Counted from the stretch's first letter, positions 15,371 to 26,045 are shown. The stretch is DNA of 32,000 nt from Edaphobacter aggregans (GCF_003945235.1 NZ_RSDW01000001.1:2160001-2192000), one strand, 5' to 3'. Program-made: numbers and translations. Notes: generated by a model from the letters alone, not told the origin.

Positions 15371-17149
15371 TCAAACCATGATTTCGTGAACCGGCACAGA
15401 AAGATTTGTATTGCCGGCAAGTTGTTCTTTGACTGCTTCCACAATGTGGTGGGGCATGAATGGCTCGCCATCATACTTACGGATGTACCCATCTGGAACG
15501 AAGCTGGTTTCACTACGCAGGTACCGGGCGAACTGACCGCTGTAGTTGTTCTCGACAATGATGGTGTGCTTCGAACCCTTCAGAATTTCGACAATTGCAT
15601 CCCCATGCAGCGGAACGAGCCAACGGATCTGCAATTGATTGGAGGAGATACCCTGATCCTGTAGAAGTTCGCGGGCCTCCTCAATCACTCCATAGGTAGA
15701 CCCCCAGCCGATCAGGGTGACATCCGCATCACGCGGACCAATAAGCTCAGGAGCAGGAACGGCGCTCTCGATTCCCGCCACCTTGCGCATGCGCTTTTCC
15801 ATCATGGCGCGACGTTTCGTAACGTTCGTGTATTCATCACTGATGAGCACACCATTCTCATCGTGTTCGTCACTTGAGACCGTATGGGTATAGCCGGGCA
15901 GGCCAGGTATGGCACGCGGAGAAACGCCGCTCTCAGTGATGAGGTAGCGCTTGTACTCTTCGTGAGTGTCCATTCCGTTCGAGGTGATCAGCTCTCCGCG
16001 ATCAATATGGGGTTGGAAGTTAAGGTCCTTCGGATCAACGCTGAGTCTGCCTTCAGAGAGCAACAGGTCGCAGAGAACTATCGCAGGACACTGAAAGCGA
16101 TCGGCAAGATTGAATATCTCTGGAATAAGTGTGAAGCAGTCACCGATATCAAGTGGAGCAGCGATAATCCTTGGATAATCACCAAACGCAGCACCGAGCA
16201 TCTGCCACAGGTCGCCCTGTTCTGTCTTGGTCGGTACACCGGTCGAAGGACCAGCCCGCTGGCAATCAATGACGACAACGGGAATCTCTGCCTGAGCAGA
16301 AAGGCCAAGCCCTTCGCTCATCAGCGCAAAACCGCCGCCAGAAGTGGCGCACATCGAGCGAACCCCAGCCTGCGCGGCGCCAATCGCCATATTGATCACA
16401 CCGATCTCGTCCTCAACCTGGCGCACCATGATTCCAGCTTTGCGAGCATGTTCAGCCATCCAGTGCAGAACGCCGGTAGAGGGGCTCATAGGATAGGCGC
16501 AATAAAACTTCACCCCTGCCGCCGCGCCTCCCATCGCCAAGGCTGCATTACCGCTGAGTACGGCATAATGGTTCTCTGTCATAGGGAGCGGCCACGCAAA
16601 AGGCTTGAAATTCGCAGTAGCGTAGTCGTATCCGGCCCTGGCCACACTCACGTTCTCGTCGATGACTGCCTGTTCCTTCTTTCGGAACTGCTCGGCCAGC
16701 GCGCTCTCGAGAGCAGGGAAGCCGACGCCCATCATGCTGAGTGCAGCCCCCATGGCAAGCGTGTTTTGCGCCACCTTATTTTTGGTGATGTCAGCTAACT
16801 TGGAGACAGGGATAGGGCAGAGCTGGACCCCCTCCGCAGGCGTGCCGGGATGAATCGAGTCCGCGTTGTACAGGCACGCCGCGCCAGAGCCAAGAAGGCC
16901 CAGGTGGCGGTCCACCGTGTCCTGGTTGAGCGGAATCAGCAGGTCAAGGCGGTCTCCCATATTCGTAATGGGGTCCGGTCCAGTGCGGACAGTAAGAAAG
17001 GTATGGCCACCGCGAATGATGGACTGGTAAGCGTTGTAAGCGTTCAGGTGCAGGCCGCGGCGGCTGAAAATCTTGGCAAAAATATCACCCGGCGTCGCTA
17101 CACCCTGGCCAGCGGCACCCCCAATACCAACGGCGAAAGACTGCCTCAT
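15371..17149 (-). CDS. korA: 2-oxoacid:ferredoxin oxidoreductase, alpha subunit
   Basis: The N-terminus IGGAAGQGV is followed by the YPMSPST pyrimidine-binding domain pattern. I chose the ATG at 17149 (MRQSFAVGIGG...), which has GGAGAGGG about 10 nt upstream. The track ORF extends to 17200. Confidence 0.9.
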   Translation of the reverse strand: MRQSFAVGIGGAAGQGVATPGDIFAKIFSRRGLHLNAYNAYQSIIRGGHTFLTVRTGPDPITNMGDRLDLLIPLNQDTVDRHLGLLGSGAACLYNADSIHPGTPAEGVQLCPIPVSKLADITKNKVAQNTLAMGAALSMMGVGFPALESALAEQFRKKEQAVIDENVSVARAGYDYATANFKPFAWPLPMTENHYAVLSGNAALAMGGAAAGVKFYCAYPMSPSTGVLHWMAEHARKAGIMVRQVEDEIGVINMAIGAAQAGVRSMCATSGGGFALMSEGLGLSAQAEIPVVVIDCQRAGPSTGVPTKTEQGDLWQMLGAAFGDYPRIIAAPLDIGDCFTLIPEIFNLADRFQCPAIVLCDLLLSEGRLSVDPKDLNFQPHIDRGELITSNGMDTHEEYKRYLITESGVSPRAIPGLPGYTHTVSSDEHDENGVLISDEYTNVTKRRAMMEKRMRKVAGIESAVPAPELIGPRDADVTLIGWGSTYGVIEEARELLQDQGISSNQLQIRWLVPLHGDAIVEILKGSKHTIIVENNYSGQFARYLRSETSFVPDGYIRKYDGEPFMPHHIVEAVKEQLAGNTNLSVPVHEIMV

Positions 17150-17398
17150 AAGGTTTATCCCTCTCCGAGCCGAGGCCCACAGGCCCCAGTGCCTCGACAC
17201 GGGTGACTAATGAGGAGGGATTCTACGTCGTTCTTGAAAGCCTAGGCAAGCAATAACGAAACTCCTCCAAAAATCGCTGTTACAAAGCAGTTAGCGGAGC
17301 AGCCGCCCCACCAACAACACCTCGACGCTTACTTTTAATGTTCGCCCATTGAAAGATGCACTGGAGCACAAGGCACAATAAGCAAGACGAGGTGATTC

Positions 17399-18259
17399 AT
17401 GGCATGTAACCCCGCTACATTGAAACAAATCCCGCTGTTCGCTCTGCTGGATGACGATGAATTGGCTGTACTAGCTGCGCAGGTCGAGCTGAAGCACTTC
17501 GCTCCCCGCCAGCGCATCTACAAGATGGGCGAACCCGGCAACCACGCCTACGTGATGATGTCGGGAAAGGCGCGGGTGACCACCGTGGATGAAGATCATC
17601 AGGAGGTGCTTGTGGATGAACCCTGCCAGGGCGAGTTCTTCGGATTCGCCTCCATGCTGGAGCAGACGCCGCATCAGACCACCGCACTCGCCCTCGAAGA
17701 GACCTCCTGCCTGGAGATCAGCCGCGACGATATTGCTGTGCTACTGCAACGCAAGCCCATGGCGGGCATGGACATGCTGACCGTGCTCGGCCGCCAGTTC
17801 CACGCGTCGCAACAATTGGTGCGCGGCCGAGCCAACCGCAATGTCAACGAGGTGATCGAAGAGGAGTCGACCGTGGGAGAGCGCATCGCCGACACAGTCG
17901 CCGGCTTCGGCGGGTCGTGGACCTTCATCCTGATCTTCCTCTCTGCTCTGGTGATCTATACCACCGCGAACATTATGCTGCAGCACAAGGCGTGGGATCC
18001 GTATCCCTTCATCCTGCTGAATCTCTTTTTGTCCATGCTCGCAGCCATCCAGGCGCCGGTCATCATGATGAGCCAGAATCGTCAGGACAAAAAGGACCGC
18101 GTACGCGGCGAGCTGGACTACGACGTCAATCGCCGCGCCGAGTCCGAGATTCAAGGCCTCGCCAACAAGCTCAATCTGCTGACCGACAAGATCGGCGACG
18201 TTGACGACCTGCTCCGCGAGCACCTGAAACTGCGCAATGATCACCAGCATCCTGCCTGA
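17399..18259 (+). CDS. Cyclic-nucleotide-binding domain fused to DUF1003 membrane domain
   Basis: The N-terminal cNMP-binding pattern is IPLFALLDDDELAVLAAQVELKHFAPRQRIYKMGEPGNHAYVMMSGKARV...GEFFGFASML. The C-terminal DUF1003-like part is FGGSWTFILIF...DPYPFILLNLFLSMLAAIQAPVIMMSQNRQ, followed by a coiled-coil tail. A GAGGTGA SD sits 4 nt upstream of the ATG. Confidence 0.8.
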   Translation: MACNPATLKQIPLFALLDDDELAVLAAQVELKHFAPRQRIYKMGEPGNHAYVMMSGKARVTTVDEDHQEVLVDEPCQGEFFGFASMLEQTPHQTTALALEETSCLEISRDDIAVLLQRKPMAGMDMLTVLGRQFHASQQLVRGRANRNVNEVIEEESTVGERIADTVAGFGGSWTFILIFLSALVIYTTANIMLQHKAWDPYPFILLNLFLSMLAAIQAPVIMMSQNRQDKKDRVRGELDYDVNRRAESEIQGLANKLNLLTDKIGDVDDLLREHLKLRNDHQHPA

Positions 18260-18415
18260 GGCATTTGAGCCGACGGCAGGTTTCTGTTTACAGCGCCTCC
18301 GGTAGCCGGTCATACTGAGGCGTCCACTCACTGGCCGACGAGGTTTCGCATCGCAGATCTCTTCCTAACCCTGAGCAGTCATTCTCATGGGCTTGCGCGT
18401 GCGTCTGCGGCCATC

Positions 18416-20080
18416 ATGTGGCGTGTTCCGCAACTCCCTGCGCCCTGGCGTCAGAGCTACGACCCTGCACATCACTGGCTCTTGTCGGCCCTATGGGCTG
18501 CACTGCCGCTTATTGTTCTCCTCGTGGCGATGGCCGTTCTTCATATCAAGGGCCACCTCGCCGCCCTCGCAGGCGTGGCTGCGGCACTGGTCATTGCGCT
18601 TGCTGTCTTTCAGATGCCCATGCGCCTCGCCCTACTGGCATCCGGGCTCGGAGCAGCCTACGGTCTCTTCCCTGTCTGCTGGATCGTCTTCCCTGTCCTC
18701 TTCCTCTATCAGCTGACCGTCCGCGCAGGAAGATTCACGCTTCTCCAGGAATGCCTCACCGGAGTCACCCCGGACAGCCGCCTCCAGCTTCTACTCATCG
18801 CCTTCGCATTCGGCGCTTTCTTTGAGGGTACCGGCGGCTTCGGAGCCCCCGTAGCGGTCTGCGGAAGCATCCTCATCGGCCTCGGTTTCTCCCCGCTTGA
18901 AGCCGCAGGCCTTTCGCTCCTGGCCAACACCGCACCGGTAGCATTCGGCGCACTTGGTATCCCCATCGTGGCACTTCACGGAGTCACCGGACTCGATACC
19001 CTCGTACTCTCGCGCGTGATCGGACGCCTCCTCGCGCCCTTCTGCGTATTGATCCCTTTCTGGCTGATATGCGCATTCGCCGGCTTCCGCGCAATGATCG
19101 AAGTCTGGCCCGCCATCCTCGTCGCCGGAGCAACCTATGGCGTTACGCTCCTTCTGATCTCGACCTTCCACGGCCCTTGGCTGGCAGACATCGCTGCTTC
19201 AACTCTTACGATCTGCGCCCTGATCGCGTTCTTCCGGCTCTGGAAACCAAAGCGCATCCTCAACCCCGCTCGCCAAGAGGTCACGCACATCCCGCTTACA
19301 ACGTCGATTCCCTCAGCAGCGGTCATCCGCCGCGCCATTATGCCCTGGGTCGTCCTCGCACTCTGCGTCGTGTTCTGGGGAGTACCCTACTTCGCCCAGT
19401 GGATCGATTCGGCCACCACCATGCTCATACCCATCCATGGACTCCATCAGATGGTGCTACGCATGCCGCCGGCAGTTACCTCGCCCGCCGCCGAACCCGC
19501 CATCTTCAACCTCAACCTGCTCTCCGCAACAGGTACAGGCATCTTCGTCGCAGGCATCCTCGCGGGCTTTTTCATGCGCCTGCAACTACGCGACATCGCC
19601 GATGTTTTCCTGCAAACTCTCATCTCCATGCGATTCACCATCATTACGATCTCCGCGCTCATGGCCATCGGCTTTCTCGCCCGGTATAGCGGAATGGATG
19701 CAACGCTAGGCCTCGCGTTCGCACGCACCGGAGCCTTCTATCCCTTCTTCGGAACCCTCATCGGCTGGCTGGGCACGGCATCCACCGGCTCCGACACGTC
19801 CTCCAACGTACTCTTCGGTAGTCTGCAAAAACTCACCGCCCAGCAACTCGGCATCTCACCCTACCTCATGACCTCAGCGAACTCCACCGGCGGGGTCATG
19901 GGCAAAATGATCGCGCCGCAGAGCATCGTCGTCGCCACAACCGCCACCAACCAGTACGGCAGCGAAGGCACCATCCTGCGCTTCGTCTTCCTGCACAGCC
20001 TCGCACTCGCCTGCCTGATGGGGCTTCTCGTCTCCCTCGTAGCCCACTGGCCGCTACTCACGAGACTCTTCCTTTACTAG
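18416..20080 (+). CDS. L-lactate permease (LctP family)
   Basis: 554-aa polytopic ORF, collinear with LldP/LctP. Shared blocks include QSYDP near the N-terminus, FGAFFEGTGGFGAPVAV and LLANTAPVAFGALGIPIVAL. Confidence 0.9.
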   Translation: MWRVPQLPAPWRQSYDPAHHWLLSALWAALPLIVLLVAMAVLHIKGHLAALAGVAAALVIALAVFQMPMRLALLASGLGAAYGLFPVCWIVFPVLFLYQLTVRAGRFTLLQECLTGVTPDSRLQLLLIAFAFGAFFEGTGGFGAPVAVCGSILIGLGFSPLEAAGLSLLANTAPVAFGALGIPIVALHGVTGLDTLVLSRVIGRLLAPFCVLIPFWLICAFAGFRAMIEVWPAILVAGATYGVTLLLISTFHGPWLADIAASTLTICALIAFFRLWKPKRILNPARQEVTHIPLTTSIPSAAVIRRAIMPWVVLALCVVFWGVPYFAQWIDSATTMLIPIHGLHQMVLRMPPAVTSPAAEPAIFNLNLLSATGTGIFVAGILAGFFMRLQLRDIADVFLQTLISMRFTIITISALMAIGFLARYSGMDATLGLAFARTGAFYPFFGTLIGWLGTASTGSDTSSNVLFGSLQKLTAQQLGISPYLMTSANSTGGVMGKMIAPQSIVVATTATNQYGSEGTILRFVFLHSLALACLMGLLVSLVAHWPLLTRLFLY

Positions 20081-20083
20081 CCA

Positions 20084-21403
20084 CTAAGGCGCTAGCAAAA
20101 CCCGCAGGTCACGCAGATTATTTCCCGTAGGCCCGGTCATAATCGTATCGTCCAACTGCTCAAGCAGAGTATGCCCGTCAAACGCTGCAAGCGCTGCACT
20201 CACCGGATAGCCGATCTCCTCCGCCCGCGCTTGCGTCTTACCATCAACCAACGCACCCGCAGCCGAACTATTCCCGTCGATCCCATCACTGCCCCCACTC
20301 AAAACAACAACATCGCTGCCGGCAATCTGCTCGCTTGCGATCAACGCAAAGTGCTGATTCCGTCCCCCCCTACCTGTAGCACCACGCGGAACCTGCACCG
20401 TCACCTCTCCAGCCGATAGCAAACACACCCGCTCGCGCAAACGCCGCATCTCCCCCAATCGACCCATCAGATACTCCACCGCTCTCTCCGCACTCCAATC
20501 ATCACAATGGTTATCAATCTCGACATGCCATCCAAGTTCCCGTGCCCGCTCCGCCCCCGCATCTTCCAGCGATGCACTATCCAGCAGCACAACCCATTGT
20601 GAACGAGCAAAAATCGCATCGTCCTCCTTCGGAGTCTCTCCCAACGTTCGCTCCGTTATCTTCTTCCCAATCTCTACAGGCAGCCGCTCCTCCAGTCCAT
20701 ACTCCTTCGCGATGCGATACACATCCTCCACCGAACTCCGATCCGGAAAAGTCGGCCCCGACGACAGCGCATCCAACTCGCCCGCCGGCACATCCGATAC
20801 GAAGATCGTCAACTGCTCAGCAGGAGCAGCAGCCACAGCAAGCCGCCCACCCTTCACCGCAGAGAGATGCTTCCGCACCGCATTGATCGCGGCAATCGGC
20901 GCGCCGCTCTCCACCAGCGCTTTATGCGTCGCTGCAATCGTCTCCAACGAAACGCCCGGCTCCAGAAACCGCTCCATCAGCGCAGACCCGCCACCACTGA
21001 TCAAAAATACGACCAGATCTCGCTCCGTCAGAGCCTGCAAGGTCCGCAAAACATCCGCCGCCGCCTCCATCGAACCCGCATTCGGGCTAGGATGTCCCCC
21101 GCGATACACACGAAATCCTTGCGAAGGCGCAGCCTCATCCTCCGGCCCGACGATAATCCCCTCGAACCGCTCACGCACATCGCCCACCCGCCACAAAAAA
21201 GGAGTCGCCATTGTATGAGCAGCCTTGCCAATCGCAATCAAAACCAGCCGCTCATACCCGCCAAGCACATAGCGATGCCCATCGATCTCCATCACGCCGT
21301 CGCGACAGACAAGCCTCCGCTCCATCGCAGGCTCAACCCGCGACGCCTTCAGCGCATATAAAAAAATATCGAGCGCATCTTCGCGAGCAGTACTCATAAT
21401 CAC
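20084..21403 (-). CDS. Glycerate 2-kinase / hydroxypyruvate reductase-like protein (DUF4147 + MOFRL)
   Basis: 439-aa ORF with IGKAAHTMA...GGHPSPN...LISGGGSAL in the N-domain and LSGGSDGIDGNSSAAGALVD...TGPTGNNLRDL in the MOFRL C-domain. The start overlaps the scoB stop by 4 nt. Confidence 0.85.
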   Translation of the reverse strand: MIMSTAREDALDIFLYALKASRVEPAMERRLVCRDGVMEIDGHRYVLGGYERLVLIAIGKAAHTMATPFLWRVGDVRERFEGIIVGPEDEAAPSQGFRVYRGGHPSPNAGSMEAAADVLRTLQALTERDLVVFLISGGGSALMERFLEPGVSLETIAATHKALVESGAPIAAINAVRKHLSAVKGGRLAVAAAPAEQLTIFVSDVPAGELDALSSGPTFPDRSSVEDVYRIAKEYGLEERLPVEIGKKITERTLGETPKEDDAIFARSQWVVLLDSASLEDAGAERARELGWHVEIDNHCDDWSAERAVEYLMGRLGEMRRLRERVCLLSAGEVTVQVPRGATGRGGRNQHFALIASEQIAGSDVVVLSGGSDGIDGNSSAAGALVDGKTQARAEEIGYPVSAALAAFDGHTLLEQLDDTIMTGPTGNNLRDLRVLLAP

Positions 21404-22056
21404 GAAGCTGTCATCACCCGGAGATCCGGCGAGACAATCAGCCTAGCCTCCGTACGCGCCTGAACCTCAGCCGCATCGATACCCTCAGCCACTTCGGTCA
21501 ACACCAACCCCTCGGGCGTCACACGAATCCACCCAAGCTCCGTCACGATGTCATGCACCACCCGCGTTCCCGTCAAAGGCAGCGTACATGCCTTCAGAAT
21601 CCTCGATCCACCATCCTTCGTCTGATGCTCCATCGCCACAATCACCCTCCGAGCCCCCGCCACCAGATCCATCGCACCGCCCATCCCCTTCACCATCTTG
21701 CCCGGGATCGTCCAGTTCGCTAGATTGCCCCGCTCGTCCACCTGCATTGCGCCAAGCACACTCATATCCATGTGCCCGCCACGAATCATCGCAAACGACT
21801 CCTCACTCGCAAAGTAAGAACACCCCGGCAACTCCGTCACCGGCTGCTTGCCCGCATTAACCAAATCCGGATCGGCCTTCCCCTCCATCGGCGGCGCGCC
21901 AACCCCCAGCATCCCGTTCTCGGACTGAAACACCACATCAATCCCCGCCGGCAGATACCCCGCAATCATCGTCGGCAACCCGATACCGAGATTTACATAA
22001 AACCCATCCTTGAACTCTCGAGCAATCCGCCGCGCAATCCGCTCCTTGCCGTTCAC
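21400..22056 (-). CDS. 3-oxoacid CoA-transferase subunit B
   Basis: 218-aa ORF with [24 protein letters not shown]...QSENGMLG (the SENG active-site Glu motif) and GMGGAMDLV. Confidence 0.9.
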   Translation of the reverse strand: MNGKERIARRIAREFKDGFYVNLGIGLPTMIAGYLPAGIDVVFQSENGMLGVGAPPMEGKADPDLVNAGKQPVTELPGCSYFASEESFAMIRGGHMDMSVLGAMQVDERGNLANWTIPGKMVKGMGGAMDLVAGARRVIVAMEHQTKDGGSRILKACTLPLTGTRVVHDIVTELGWIRVTPEGLVLTEVAEGIDAAEVQARTEARLIVSPDLRVMTAS

Positions 22057-22763
22057 GTCGCGCCTCCCATCTGCGCCCGAATAAACTCCGACTCGATCGG
22101 TTTGCGATACGCCGCGCCAACCACAACGCGCTTCACATAAATCCCGGGCGTCACAATATGATCCGGATCGAGCTCCCCCGGCTCGACCAACTCTTCCACC
22201 TCAGCAATCGTCAACTTCGCAGCCGTCGCCATCACCGGATTGAAGTTCCGCGTCGTCTTGCGATAGACAAGATTCCCAAGCCGATCACCCTTCCATGCTT
22301 TGATGAGCGCAACATCCGCATGCAGAGCCTGCTCCAGCACATACATCCGCTCACCGATCTGCCGCGTCTCCTTACCCTCGGCAACCACGGTGCCCAACCC
22401 CGTCGGCACATAGAACGCCGGAATCCCCGCTCCACCAGCCCGAATCCGCTCCGCCAACGTGCCCTGCGGAATCAGCGTCAGATCCAGCTCGCTCTTCAGC
22501 ACAAGTTGTTCAAGCCGTCGATTCTCACCAACATAGCTGCCGATGTGCGACGCAATCATCCCCGCCTCCAGCATCAAGCCCATGCCAAAGCCATCGACGC
22601 CCATATTGTTGCTAATCGTATGCAGCCCCGTAATCCGCCGCTTCACCAACGCGGCAATCAGGTTCTCCGGAATCCCGCACAACCCAAAGCCGCCCAACAT
22701 AATCGTCGAGCCGCTCGCAATGTCGGCAACCGCAGCATCCGCAGAGAGGACAACCTTATCCAT
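22053..22763 (-). CDS. 3-oxoacid CoA-transferase subunit A
   Basis: 236-aa ORF with GSTIMLGGFGLCGIPENLI...QGTLAERIRAGGAGIPAF...KAWKGDRLGNLVYRKTTRNFNP. It has a 4-nt overlap with subunit B. Confidence 0.9.
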   Translation of the reverse strand: MDKVVLSADAAVADIASGSTIMLGGFGLCGIPENLIAALVKRRITGLHTISNNMGVDGFGMGLMLEAGMIASHIGSYVGENRRLEQLVLKSELDLTLIPQGTLAERIRAGGAGIPAFYVPTGLGTVVAEGKETRQIGERMYVLEQALHADVALIKAWKGDRLGNLVYRKTTRNFNPVMATAAKLTIAEVEELVEPGELDPDHIVTPGIYVKRVVVGAAYRKPIESEFIRAQMGGAT

Positions 22764-22816
22764 ACCTCAAGACACCGCGCGGCGGAAACACCCACGCCGC
22801 GCGCTCCATCACGCTC

Positions 22817-23926
22817 TTACTTTGCCTGTGTCGTAAACGTAAACGTCGTCATGCTGTGCCGAGTCTCACCCGGCTTCAGCAGCGTCGTCGGAAACGACGG
22901 ATGGTTCGGAGAATCAGGGAAGTGCTGCGTCTCGAGGCATAGCCCCGTGTTCTTCGTATACGCCGCACCGCTCTTGCCCTTGAAGCTTCCATCCAGAAAG
23001 TTGCCAGAGTAGAACTGCACGCCCGGCTCCGTTGTCGTCACCGTCAGCACACGCCCGCTGCCAGGATCGTACGAGCGCGCCGCCGTCTTCGTCTCGCCGT
23101 TGGCTCCGCGAAGCACCCAGTTATGGTCATACCCACCAGCAATCTTCAACTGCTCGTTGTTGTCATTGATCCGCGCGCCAATCACGTAAGCCTTCCGGAA
23201 ATCAAACGGCGTCCCTTCCACCGGAACGAGCTCGCCTGTCGGAATCAGCCCAGCATCCACAGGCGTGAACTTGTCGGCGGCAATCATCATCTCTTCGCCA
23301 AGAATCGTCCCGGATCCTTCGCCCGCCAGGTTGAAGTATGCATGGTTTGTCAGATTCACCACCGTCGCCTTGTCCGTCGACATGCTGTAGTCAATCCGCA
23401 GCGCATTGTGATGAACCGTGTACCGCACATGCGCCGTCAGCGTCCCAGGAAAACCCTGATCCCCATCCTTGCTGACCAGCGTCATCTCCACGCCATCGGC
23501 AATCGCTCGCCCCTGCCAAACCATCCGGTCAAAGCCCAGCGTTCCCCCATGCAGTGAGTTCCCGTTATTGTTCTTCGGAACCTCGTACGTCTTGCCATCG
23601 ATCGCGAAGGCTCCCTTGGCAATGCGATTCCCATAGCGCCCCACAATCGCGCCAAAATACGTCTTATTGTCCGCCAGATACTCCTCAAGCGTGTTGTAGC
23701 CCAACACAACATCGCCCACCTTGCCATCGCGATCCGCCGTCTTGATTCCAACGACGCGCGCTCCGTAAGTCGTAATACGAGCCTCAATCGCATCGCTCTT
23801 CAGCGTGTAGATATCAACGGCCGTGCCATCCGGCATCTTGCCAAAATCTGCTTTTGTTACCGAACCATGTGCTGCCATCGCGGTTGTCATACTAAGCAGC
23901 ATAACCTTTAGCCATCTCGTCGTCAT
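22817..23926 (-). CDS. Aldose 1-epimerase (galactose mutarotase), secreted
   Basis: 369-aa ORF with a signal-like N-terminus. It has GRYGNRIA, NNNGNSLHGG, NLTNHAYFNL and CLETQHFPDSPN motifs typical of GalM-family mutarotases. Confidence 0.9.
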   Translation of the reverse strand: MTTRWLKVMLLSMTTAMAAHGSVTKADFGKMPDGTAVDIYTLKSDAIEARITTYGARVVGIKTADRDGKVGDVVLGYNTLEEYLADNKTYFGAIVGRYGNRIAKGAFAIDGKTYEVPKNNNGNSLHGGTLGFDRMVWQGRAIADGVEMTLVSKDGDQGFPGTLTAHVRYTVHHNALRIDYSMSTDKATVVNLTNHAYFNLAGEGSGTILGEEMMIAADKFTPVDAGLIPTGELVPVEGTPFDFRKAYVIGARINDNNEQLKIAGGYDHNWVLRGANGETKTAARSYDPGSGRVLTVTTTEPGVQFYSGNFLDGSFKGKSGAAYTKNTGLCLETQHFPDSPNHPSFPTTLLKPGETRHSMTTFTFTTQAK

Positions 23927-24080
23927 GTATCCCTCTGTTCCTGTGATTGCGGCTTTCTAAAGCGCAGTAAATTCCTAGTTTGCGCCTCATACAGCAACCC
24001 CGCCACTATACTGCAACGCCCGCGAAGCCGCGAAACAGCGGTAAGATGGAGCGGCCAATCCCATCGAGCCAAGGACGGTT

Positions 24081-25307
24081 ATGAACCTTCGAACCAGAAC
24101 CCTGCCACTGCTTGCCCTCACGTTCCTCCTTCTCTGCAGCATCAACAAAAACGCAGTAGCAGCCCCGCCAGACCACTGGGTCGGCACCTGGGCCACCTCC
24201 CCAGTCGCGATGCCAAACACCGAAGGCATCTTCGGCGCCGCCGACACCACCTTCCGCGAGATCGTCCACGTCTCCCTCGGCGGCTCCCGCGCCCGCATCA
24301 TCCTCTCCAACGAGTTCGGCCTCGATCCCCTCACCATCAGCGCCGCCCACATCGCGCTTCGCACCACCGGCAGCGAAATCGACCTCGCCTCGGCCAACGC
24401 CCTCACCTTCGGCGGACGCCCCTCCGTCACCATCCCACCCGGAGCCCTCGTCGTTAGCGACCCCGTAAACCTCAAACTTCCCGCCTTCGCCGACGTAGCC
24501 GTCAGCCTCTTCGTCCCAGCCCAACCCATGCACCAGATCACGCACCACAGCTTCGCCGATCAGACCAGCTACATGGCCCAAGGCAACGTCGTCGGGGTCA
24601 AAGCCCTTGAATCACCCAAAGAGATCTACAACTGGCCCTTCCTCAAGGGCGTAGACATCATAGCCGGCGACAAAAGCGCCGCCATCGTGGCCTTCGGCGA
24701 CAGCATCACCGACGGAGCCCACAGCACCCGCGACGCCAACTCCCGCTGGCCCGACCTCCTCGCCCACCGCCTCCAGGCCAACAAGAAGACCGCCGACCTC
24801 GGCGTCCTCAACCAGGGCATCGGCGGCAACCGCATCCTGCACGACAACACCGGGCCCAACGCCCTCTCCCGCTTCGACCGCGACGTCCTCGCCCAGGCCG
24901 GCGTCAAGTATCTCATCATCCTCGAGAGCATCAACGACATCGGCCACGCCCAGGACCCCGTCAAGCCCTACGACGTCGTCACCGCAGAAGATCTCATCGT
25001 CGGCCTCGGCCAACTAGCCACCCGCGCTCACACCCACGGCATCAAGGTCTACGGAGCCACCCTCACCCCCTACGTCGGAGCCAAATACGCCTCACCCTCC
25101 GGCGAAGCCATGCGCCAGGCCGTCAACAAGTGGATCCGCACCACCAACCAGCTCGACGGCTTCATCGACTTCGACAAAGCCACGCAAGACTCCGCGAACC
25201 CAGCCGTCTTCGCCCCCACAGCCGACTCCGGCGACCACCTCCACCCCGGCGACGCCGGCTACAAATCCATGGCCGACTCCATCGACCTCAACCTCTTCAC
25301 CAAATAA
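24081..25307 (+). CDS. SGNH/GDSL-family hydrolase, secreted
   Basis: 408-aa ORF with a signal peptide. Block I is FGDSITDG, the central block is NQGIGGN, and block V is GDHLHP. Confidence 0.8.
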   Translation: MNLRTRTLPLLALTFLLLCSINKNAVAAPPDHWVGTWATSPVAMPNTEGIFGAADTTFREIVHVSLGGSRARIILSNEFGLDPLTISAAHIALRTTGSEIDLASANALTFGGRPSVTIPPGALVVSDPVNLKLPAFADVAVSLFVPAQPMHQITHHSFADQTSYMAQGNVVGVKALESPKEIYNWPFLKGVDIIAGDKSAAIVAFGDSITDGAHSTRDANSRWPDLLAHRLQANKKTADLGVLNQGIGGNRILHDNTGPNALSRFDRDVLAQAGVKYLIILESINDIGHAQDPVKPYDVVTAEDLIVGLGQLATRAHTHGIKVYGATLTPYVGAKYASPSGEAMRQAVNKWIRTTNQLDGFIDFDKATQDSANPAVFAPTADSGDHLHPGDAGYKSMADSIDLNLFTK

Positions 25308-25502
25308 TCGCCAAAGAATTTTGGCCGTCAGAATGAACGTGCTCACGAATCGTCCGTAACGGGGCGACATTGGAGACCGTGTCAAACCTGGAGCAGGTAC
25401 CTCGCTGGATGCCGCAGACAATGAAACATTCCCCCGCCGAATATGAAAATTGGGTGACAATACGCATACTGTTGGGAAACGCCTAGGTCCGGGGTTACGG
25501 AT

Positions 25503-26045
25503 ATGCCATCTACTCACGATTTTGAGGAGCTGTATGGTGTCACCGAAGAGCGAGCCCTTAACTTCTGGGCCTCTCATCTCCACGAAGCGATCGGAAGCAA
25601 GCGGTGGTCCCAGATTTGCGAATCAACCGGTGTGTATCTTGCAAGCGTGCTCGCTCACTTTTGCCTGCAGTCGGTAGATAGGATGGAGATCCTTTCTCCC
25701 GATTACAGCCCAGGCGATCAGGAGTTCCGCCAGTTCGCGGATCTGACCCAGATCGCTGAACTTATGATGCAGCAGCTCACCAGCGCAAAGAGCCCCCTCT
25801 GGATGGAGTCAGCCGGCGCACACATTCTCCTCTATGCCGGATTCTTCCAAAGTCAAAACAAGAACCGGCACAACATAGAGTTCTATTCCACCATGGGCAG
25901 AGAGTGTTATCTCATGGCTGCGGTAGGAAAGAGGGAGAGGATGATGAAACTGATGGCAGCGGGCTTTCATCAATACCTTTTTCATTTGGCCAACCTTCAT
26001 CAACATCTGCAAGAAAGCAGATATCTGATAAGGCCAGAGGACTAG
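25503..26045 (+). CDS. Hypothetical protein (orphan, predicted all-helical)
   Basis: 180-aa ORF in an otherwise ORF-free slot. By eye, both overall GC and third-position GC bias are lower than in the flanking genes. I recognise no motif. Confidence 0.5.
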   Translation: MPSTHDFEELYGVTEERALNFWASHLHEAIGSKRWSQICESTGVYLASVLAHFCLQSVDRMEILSPDYSPGDQEFRQFADLTQIAELMMQQLTSAKSPLWMESAGAHILLYAGFFQSQNKNRHNIEFYSTMGRECYLMAAVGKRERMMKLMAAGFHQYLFHLANLHQHLQESRYLIRPED

